IMG/VR virus record: IMGVR_UViG_3300029861_000002
DNA from: a virus
Lineage: Duplodnaviria > Heunggongvirae > Uroviricota > Caudoviricetes
Strand: one strand, 5' to 3'
DNA: 12,349 nucleotides
Made by a program: the position numbers and the translations under genes. The first letter of the stretch is position 1. Each line of letters starts with the position of its first letter. The notes under the pieces were generated by a model. That model was not told where the DNA came from and searched no databases. It saw only the letters and a list, made by a program, of their open reading frames with translations. Below are positions 6,377 through 12,349 of the stretch, one piece after another.

Positions 6377-7150
6377 ATGATATTTAGTTTAAATTATCAT
6401 TCCGACAATAAGAAAAAAGCTGGAGAGATTAGATGCCCTTATAATCAACTAGGAACTATTATTAAATTTATTAAAGAAAATCCAACAAAGAGATATAATA
6501 TTATAATTCCAGATGATTTAGTTCAAATAGAATTAACAAGATTAATTGAACAAGTAGATATAGTAAAATCAATAGCATAGGATTACACAATTCAATGCGG
6601 AAATATTTTACAATTACAAGATCTAAAAGACATGGGATACAATAGATATTTGCGTTTCCCCGTTACTGATTGGGAAACTTTTCAGGAATTGCGGGAAGCC
6701 GAGGTTAGTGACATCTATATAGATGGACCACTAGGGTTTCAAATGGATCTATTAGAGAAATATAAAGGAGATATAAAGATTAGAGTATCACCCACTATTT
6801 CTCCTAATGCCTCACTATCCGCAGAAAGAAAACCAACGAGCTTCTTTATTCGCCCAGAAGATCTTAACCTCTATTCTGCTATTGATGTAATAGATTTTAG
6901 TCAACCATCTAAAGACAAGGAAGATACATTATTCAATATCTATACTAGAGGTTCTTTTAGTTATGATATAAACCTTCTTATTGATGGATTACCCTCAAGA
7001 AATAATCTATTATTTAAGGAAGAATTTGGAAAAACTCGTTTAAACTGTAAACAAAAATGCAATATTCCAAGTCATCATTGTCACTACTGCGATACTTATT
7101 TCTCTGTTACTTCTCGTTTAAATGAATTAGCTCAACTTAGTAAAAAGTAA
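6377..7150 (+). CDS. Peptidase U32-like protein with Cys-rich C-terminus, 257 aa, one TAG readthrough
   Basis: ATG 6377 after AAAGGAGG. Track ORFs 6293..6580 and 6632..7150 are the same frame, separated only by TAG 6578-6580. FIRPEDL motif and CKQKC...CHYC tail. The U32 family call is tentative. Confidence 0.7.
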
Positions 7151-7217
7151 AATTAGATTTTATTATTTTTATATATTATAATATAATTATAAAGATAATA
7201 AAAGGAGTGTTTCTAAA

Positions 7218-7931
7218 ATGAAATGGTCAGAAATTCTCCCTCAAGACGCGTTGAATTTGAGTGTTCAACTTGAAAACTATGCTTTGGAAGAGCGTTCAAG
7301 AGGGAAAGTTTTATTTCCAGAGTAGGATAAAATTTTTCGAGCACTTAATCTCACGCGCCCTGAAGATGTAAAAGTTTGTATCGTTGGACAAGATCCATAT
7401 CATACTCCAGGCGCAGCCAACGGTCTGGCGTTTTCTATTTCTGATGGAAGTCCAATTCAACCTTCTTTAAGAAATATTTTTAGCGAACTTAATAGTGACT
7501 TAGGACTACCAATTCCGCGGTCAGGGGATTTAACACCTTGGGCTGAACGAGGAGTATTACTCATTAACGCGAGCCTAACGGTTTATGAACATCAAGCTAA
7601 TAGTTGTGTTAATTGGGGATGGAATAAGTTTACAACAGCAATATTAAAGGCTGCTACCCAGTTACCGCAGCCTATTGTTTTTATGCTATGGGGAGCTAAT
7701 GCTCAGAATTTATTGAAGGATTTAAATTCTAGTCCTATGGTATGGGATGGTCCGGGAATAGCGAGAGAGAATTTAATCAAGAAGGCTTATATTTTATCCT
7801 CTCATCCAAGTCCTTTTAGTGTAAGTAAGCCATGTAAGGGAACTCCCTCATTTAAAGGTAGTAAACCATTTTCAACAGCGAATAGTTTATTGCTTTCAAT
7901 GGGAGGAGAACCTGTTGATTGGACTCTATAA
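7218..7931 (+). CDS. ung: Uracil-DNA glycosylase (family 1), 237 aa, one TAG readthrough
   Basis: ATG 7218 after AAAGGAG. Motifs VKVCIVGQDPYH, GLAFS, PSLRNIF, WAERGVLLIN, VFMLWG and HPSPFS. Single TAG at 7323-7325 (codon 36). Confidence 0.95.
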
Positions 7932-7952
7932 GATGGGAGATAAAGCATATAG

Positions 7953-9257
7953 ATGATAGATTTAAGAGAATTAAAAAATGATTTTGAATCTATACTTGTT
8001 CATTCTCAGGATTATCCCTTTTATTTAAATTCGGAGAATTTAATTTCTCAATGGTTAGAGGCTAAGAGGGATATAATCAACCTTTTTGGCGGAGAGTTGG
8101 TATTAAGGAGTAAAGAACCAGTTAAGATTTTCTTAACAGAAGAACAGAGAGACAAAAGATTTGAAGAGTTTTTACAGGCTCTTGATGAAAACGGGATTTT
8201 AACAGAGGAGTTTGAATTATTCTTGCGCGTTAATAAAGATGGATTCTTTGATAATAAAGTTATGCTACCTTATCCATCTTTTAATATTCCATTAGGATCA
8301 AAGCTCTCAAAATCTTTCAAAAAGTTTCTTAATAGTAATGAGATTGTCAGATGGGCTCAAGATATAGCATCAAGATATATTCAAGAGAATAAAATAGAGG
8401 GGTATTTATATTTATCTGTTCACCCTATTGATTTTCTTACTATATCAGAGAACAATGAAAATTGGTGGTCATGTCAATCTTTAGATGGAGATTATAGAAG
8501 TGGAAATTTAAGTTATTTAGTAGATAAGACTACAATAGTAGCGTATCTATCAAATGAAAAACAGGAGTATTTGAAGTGCTTACCAAAAGGAATGACATGG
8601 AATAGCAAAAAATGGAGAATGTTAGTCCATACAGATGGAGAAAAAAATATCTACTATAATAGACAATATCCATATGAATCTAGAGATTTATTATCTAGTA
8701 TCCATAGTATGTTAGTTTCATTAATAAAAAATGAAATGACTGAACCGATTGACTATGGCTTTAAAGTAATCCAATCTCAATGGAGTAGCGGGATGCTTAC
8801 ATATAATCAGATCAATGCGGGCGGGCGAACATTTGATACCAGAGACGTGATTGATACAAATGACTATCTTGGTTATTCTGATTTAATTATCTCTAGTACA
8901 TATGCTCCTATTATATCAGTGAACGATGACAAATTTCATGAGTATGCTGAAAGTATAAATAAAAGTAAAAAAGTTGAAGAAATGTTCTTTAATAATGCTT
9001 TTAAAATTAAAATTGGAGAACGACCAATTTGTCCATGTTGTGGAACTGAATACATTAAACGTGAGGATTCATTTCTTTGTGATTATTGTATTTCAGAAAA
9101 AGAGGCAGATGAGGATTTCTTTTTGACTTGTGATAGTTGTTATCGTAGAATATATGATGAAGATGAAATTTATTGGATGGATGGCAGACCATATTGTAAA
9201 AAGTGCCATAATCTAATGCAACAAGAGGATAGATTAATCGAGGAGGACGATGAATAA
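7953..9257 (+). CDS. Phage protein of unknown function with C-terminal Zn-ribbon motifs, 434 aa
   Basis: Long open frame. SVHPIDFLTISEN...WWSC core; CPCC, CDYC, CDSC and CKKC pairs at the C-terminus. Confidence 0.85.
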   Translation: MIDLRELKNDFESILVHSQDYPFYLNSENLISQWLEAKRDIINLFGGELVLRSKEPVKIFLTEEQRDKRFEEFLQALDENGILTEEFELFLRVNKDGFFDNKVMLPYPSFNIPLGSKLSKSFKKFLNSNEIVRWAQDIASRYIQENKIEGYLYLSVHPIDFLTISENNENWWSCQSLDGDYRSGNLSYLVDKTTIVAYLSNEKQEYLKCLPKGMTWNSKKWRMLVHTDGEKNIYYNRQYPYESRDLLSSIHSMLVSLIKNEMTEPIDYGFKVIQSQWSSGMLTYNQINAGGRTFDTRDVIDTNDYLGYSDLIISSTYAPIISVNDDKFHEYAESINKSKKVEEMFFNNAFKIKIGERPICPCCGTEYIKREDSFLCDYCISEKEADEDFFLTCDSCYRRIYDEDEIYWMDGRPYCKKCHNLMQQEDRLIEEDDE

Positions 9258-9568
9258 TGGCAGTTAGACGAGGAGACGCCGCAAAAGACTTAATTACAAA
9301 AACAATCCTTTCAACATTTGAGGGTTCTTTTGTTTCAGATAAGAAAATTTATATTTCAGTAAATGATGGAAGTAGTGGTGAAGTGGTACAGATTGCAGTA
9401 TCACTTACTATGCCAAAGACACCGATTGCGGGCGGTGGAAATAGTGCGCTCTCTACATCAAGCTCAGGAGGAGTATCAGCACCAGCAACTGAGTTTACTC
9501 CCACTGAATTAGCTCCTGAAGATAAGGCTAAGATCGAAGACCTGAAAAGAAAATTAAATATTATTTAA
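9257..9568 (+). CDS. Hypothetical phage protein, 103 aa
   Basis: TAATG overlap with GAGGAGG RBS. Confidence 0.8.
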   Translation: MAVRRGDAAKDLITKTILSTFEGSFVSDKKIYISVNDGSSGEVVQIAVSLTMPKTPIAGGGNSALSTSSSGGVSAPATEFTPTELAPEDKAKIEDLKRKLNII

Positions 9569-9644
9569 CTGGTCACTTTTGATTATATCTGTTTTAATAA
9601 TTTTTATATTTATTGAAACGATATATGATAAAGGAGAGAATTTT

Positions 9645-10592
9645 ATGGCGCCATTAAAAGATTTAACGGGATAGCGTTTTGGAAAATTGTTGGTTATTAA
9701 AAGAGTAGAGAACACTAAAGCTAATAAAGCATAGTGGCTTTGTAAATGCGACTGCGGAAATGAAGTTATAACTATAACAAATTAGTTGACAAGTGGAGCA
9801 AAAACTTCTTGTCCAAAATGTTCTAGGCCTTTATACAGGAAAGATTTAACTGGACAAAAATTTGGAAGATTAACTGTATTAGGTTATGACTAGGAATATA
9901 CAGACTTGTGGAAACAAACGCATACTGGGACTGCTGTATTTTGGAAATGCTAGTGTGATTGTGGAAATATAACCTATGCAAAAACCGCAGAGTTAAATAA
10001 CGGAGCTAAAAAATCTTGTGGATGTTTACAAAAAGAAATATCAGGCTAGATTATGAAAGAAATAGTTTAGCCTATAGGAGTTGAAACACGCTTAACTCAA
10101 GGAGATCTTGCTGAATAGCGTTTTGGTAGATTAACTGCTCTAAAACGATCAGAAGATGATCACAGATATTGGATTTGTAAATGTGACTGTGGCAATATAA
10201 AGACAGTATCCCGTAGTGCTCTAATGAATCATGATACGTAGAGTTGTGGATGTATTGGAAATTCTCGTGGAGAGGCTAAGATAGCAGAAATTTTAACTTA
10301 GTATGATGTACCTTTTATAAGAGAATATAAATTTAAAGATTTAAAAGATAAATCTTATTTAAGATATGATTTTGCTATTTTTAAAAATGAAAGACTTATA
10401 GGGTTAATTGAATATGACGGTAGGCAACATTTTGATACAAGTAGTTAGTGGTATAGTGAGGATAACTTAAAAAGAGATTCTCTAAAAACTGAGTACGCTA
10501 AGGAGCATAATATACCTTTGTTAAGAATTGCCTATACAGATTACGAAAAAATTCAAGAAATTATTGAAAGATTTTTGGGTATGGGTAATTAA
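9645..10592 (+). CDS. Putative homing endonuclease: three Cys-rich Zn-ribbon repeats plus Vsr/DUF559-like PD-(D/E)xK domain, 315 aa, 11 TAG readthroughs
   Basis: ATG 9645 after AAAGGAG. No TAA/TGA until 10590-10592. Repeats DLxxQxFGxL...WxCxCDCGN...SCxC occur three times. C-terminal SRGE..I...L...RYDFAI...IEYDGRQHF...RD..K...LLRI. Absent from the ORF track. Confidence 0.85.
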
Positions 10593-10638
10593 ATTATCCA
10601 GTATAAAGTTTATAAATAGTACACTTCCCTTACTAAAG

Positions 10639-10677
10639 AGAGGCGTAAAGAAAAGGTTTTAAGTTTACGCCTCTTTT
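10639..10677 (+). terminator. Terminator-like hairpin
   Basis: AGAGGCGTAAA-14 nt-TTTACGCCTCT followed by TTT. Confidence 0.7.
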
Positions 10678-10704
10678 GAAAATTAAAAAAAATTATTATA
10701 TAAT
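10676..10704 (+). promoter_or_regulatory. sigma70-type promoter
   Basis: TTGAAA-17-TATAAT, then ATATATAGAAAG. Confidence 0.8.
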
Positions 10705-10739
10705 ATATATAGAAAGTTAAGGAAAGGAAGTTTTGAGTT

Positions 10740-11630
10740 TTGAAAATTTATCTCGATTTGGAAGCTAATTGTACCACTAATGAAGCAATTTCTATTGGTA
10801 TGGTGACAGAAAATGGAGATACATTTTATAGTCTCATTCGTCCGCATACGAAACTTGATCATAATATAAAGATTTTGACAGGAGTTTCTCAGGAAGATGC
10901 AGACCAGGCTCCTAGTCTCGAAGAAGCAATGTTAGGAGTTAGAGAGTTCCTTTCCTTTCTTGATGAAGAAAATACTTTCTATCACTACGGCAAGAGTGAT
11001 AGGGGTTTTCTTAGAGCTTCTATGGGCTTTACGACTGATATGAAAGCTCTTACTACTCTGCAATACATTCACAATAGATGTGAAAATGTTGACAAAAGGG
11101 TGGCGTCTCATTTTCGCAGGGATGCGATTGGTCTTAGGTCTGCGTATCTGACCATGAAACTTTCTTCTGAGGATCCAGTTCAGAATCATAATGCCTTAGA
11201 AGATGCCTGGATGTTGAAGTACGTTTGGGAAAATATTGATGGATACACTCTTCCTGATGGGATTGAGCCGGTAAAAGTACCTAAGGTCAAGATGTCTTAT
11301 GGTAAAAGCAAGGCTAATCCTGCAAGCCCGGAAGAGCTGATGAATCGCAGACTGACGGCGAAACAGCCGCGTTCCCGCAGAAACGAAGCGATTAGAAATT
11401 GTCCTGCTATTGATGACGATAAGTATAAAATTGCGGGAGTGGCGATTAAGGGCAAGCGTGAAATTCTCTTTAAAGAGATTTATGAAGTAAAAGGGTTCGT
11501 TCACGCGGGCAGGTTTAAAACTGCGGCTCAGGTTCTTCATGCTCTTGATGTTATTTATGCTGCCATGGAGACCGGTAAAGGTAGTCCAGATACCAAAGGC
11601 TGGGTTTTTAAGAAAGTTGAAAAACAATAA
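10740..11630 (+). CDS. DEDDh-family 3'-5' exonuclease (DnaQ/KapD-like) with basic C-terminal extension
   Basis: ExoI IYLDLEA, ExoII HYGKSD, ExoIII HNALEDA. TTG start after GGAAAGGAAG. Confidence 0.85.
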   Translation: MKIYLDLEANCTTNEAISIGMVTENGDTFYSLIRPHTKLDHNIKILTGVSQEDADQAPSLEEAMLGVREFLSFLDEENTFYHYGKSDRGFLRASMGFTTDMKALTTLQYIHNRCENVDKRVASHFRRDAIGLRSAYLTMKLSSEDPVQNHNALEDAWMLKYVWENIDGYTLPDGIEPVKVPKVKMSYGKSKANPASPEELMNRRLTAKQPRSRRNEAIRNCPAIDDDKYKIAGVAIKGKREILFKEIYEVKGFVHAGRFKTAAQVLHALDVIYAAMETGKGSPDTKGWVFKKVEKQ

Positions 11631-11651
11631 AAAATATTGTATAATATTTAT
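11617..11651 (+). promoter_or_regulatory. Promoter for the RNA cassette; 35-bp direct repeat copy 1
   Basis: TTGAAA-17-TATAAT; identical to 12223-12257. Confidence 0.85.
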
Positions 11652-11708
11652 GTGAGTTGTTCTGTTGCAGCAGAACTTATAAGCCGTAAGTGAGGGCTTT
11701 ATACTCAC
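11652..11708 (+). ncRNA. Candidate small three-way-junction RNA
   Basis: Closing stem GTGAGT/ACTCAC. Inner hairpins GTTCTG/CAGAAC and AAGCC/GGCTT. Begins at the expected transcription start. Confidence 0.45.
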
Positions 11709-11716
11709 TTTTATAT

Positions 11717-11811
11717 CCCGCGGTAGCTCAACGGTAGAGCAGCCGGCTTATACCCGGTATTAGCGCCAGATTAGCGTGAGGTTTGGGGTTCGAATCCCTG
11801 GCGCGGGACCA
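11717..11811 (+). tRNA. tRNA-Ile(UAU) with 25-nt variable region
   Basis: Acceptor CCCGCGG/GCGCGGG (G7:G66 mismatch). D arm GCTC/GAGC. Anticodon stem GCCGG/CCGGT with loop CTTATAC (TAT at 11749-11751). T loop TTCGAAT. A73 and encoded CCA. Confidence 0.85.
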
Positions 11812-11873
11812 TAGGCATAACGCCGCATGCCCTCGAAAGAGGTATCACAGAAGGCACATACAGCAAAGTTATT

Positions 11874-11948
11874 TTCCGAATAGTCTAATGGTTTGGACGT
11901 TTTAATTGAAATAAAAAGTTATGGGTTCGAATCCCATTTTGGAAGCCA
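11874..11948 (+). tRNA. Anomalous tRNA/tRNA-like element: anticodon UGA (nominally Ser) but short variable loop
   Basis: Acceptor TTCCGAA/TTTGGAA. D arm GTCT/GGAC. All-A/T anticodon stem TTTTA/TAAAA with loop ATTGAAA. 4-nt variable loop. T arm ATGGG-TTCGAAT-CCCAT. G73 and CCA. Confidence 0.7.
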
Positions 11949-11967
11949 TCTAGTGCCTTGAAATTAT

Positions 11968-11996
11968 TTGAAAAACTTTTATAAATATGATATAAT
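11968..11996 (+). promoter_or_regulatory. sigma70-type promoter
   Basis: TTGAAA-17-TATAAT with TGn, then ATTTATAGAAAG. Confidence 0.8.
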
Positions 11997-12026
11997 ATTT
12001 ATAGAAAGTGAGAGAGGAAGTTGTTT

Positions 12027-12236
12027 ATGGATAAGAAATTATATCTAGCGCAACTCGCCGCTAAGGCCATGTCTTGCTATAGCGATGAAGATGTAATTTG
12101 TGATACTCTTTGGCTTATGAATGGCGGCATTGGTGGGCCGGAGGAAGAATGGGAAAACTTTCTCAAAGTTTTTAAGGATACCTTTGGTATTTCCTATGAT
12201 GAAGCTAAACAACTGAATCTTTTTGAAAAACAATAA
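12027..12236 (+). CDS. Hypothetical protein, ~69 aa
   Basis: ATG 12027 (or TTG 12021) after GAGAGGAAG; TAA stop. Confidence 0.7.
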   Translation: MDKKLYLAQLAAKAMSCYSDEDVICDTLWLMNGGIGGPEEEWENFLKVFKDTFGISYDEAKQLNLFEKQ

Positions 12237-12257
12237 AAAATATTGTATAATATTTAT
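12223..12257 (+). promoter_or_regulatory. Promoter; 35-bp direct repeat copy 2
   Basis: TTGAAAAACAATAAAAAATATTGTATAATATTTAT, identical to 11617-11651. Confidence 0.85.
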
Positions 12258-12349
12258 ACAAGGTTGAGAAAGAACAAGGTATCGCAAGTCGTATATAGGA
12301 AGCGATAGCGCGCAAGTGAACCAGCAATGCGGTGTCCCTTCGGGTTGAT

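Noticed and set aside
7803..7820. Ung HPSPFS instead of HPSPLS as altered specificity
   Set aside because: Phe at this position is, to my knowledge, a common natural variant in Bacillota Ung enzymes.
7218..10592. ung and the endonuclease as pseudogenes
   Set aside because: All interruptions are TAG, none are TAA/TGA or frameshifts, catalytic motifs are intact, and TAG aligns with CAA in internal repeats.
11812..11850. Theta (HDV-like) or hammerhead ribozyme in the tRNA-Ile 3' trailer
   Set aside because: Only small hairpins (GGCAT/ATGCC and CCTC-GAAA-GAGG) are visible. The 8 nt inside the first are too few for the nested P2/P3/L3 pseudoknot, and there is no CUGAUGA core. A covariance-model search would settle it.
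11874..11948. Amber suppressor tRNA(CUA), or Gln(UUG)/Phe(GAA) reading of the second tRNA
   Set aside because: No CTA in the loop. Shifting the register to TTG or GAA breaks the anticodon stem pairing.
10932..12287. Minus-strand ORFs 10932..11189, 11196..11708 and 12045..12287, two sharing INIIQYFLLFF
   Set aside because: Antisense shadows. The shared peptide is just the reverse translation of the 35-bp promoter repeat.

Overview
AT-rich bacteriophage genome segment, most likely from a phage of a Bacillota (Clostridia-like) host, judging by the sigma70/SigA promoters, strong AGGAGG-type RBSs and phage-type gene content. The main result is that TAG is used as a sense codon, most likely Gln (genetic code 15). 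Seventeen in-frame TAGs interrupt six otherwise intact genes that the supplied ORF track misses or splits: a RHH/DUF5659-like/wHTH operon, a U32-like protein, uracil-DNA glycosylase and a Zn-repeat endonuclease. Left end: that minus-strand operon sits between a palindrome array and a 22-bp-phased iteron-like array, a possible origin module. Middle: TAG-free small genes organised as terminator-promoter-RBS cassettes, one carrying a GC-rich NNC-codon patch typical of a diversity-generating retroelement (DGR) target. Right end: DEDDh exonuclease and an RNA cassette bracketed by identical 35-bp promoter repeats. The cassette holds a small three-way-junction RNA, a tRNA-Ile(UAU) with a long variable arm, and an anomalous tRNA enclosed in an outer stem. 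No suppressor tRNA(CUA), reverse transcriptase or DGR template repeat was found in the window. All family calls are from motif recognition by eye, not database searches.
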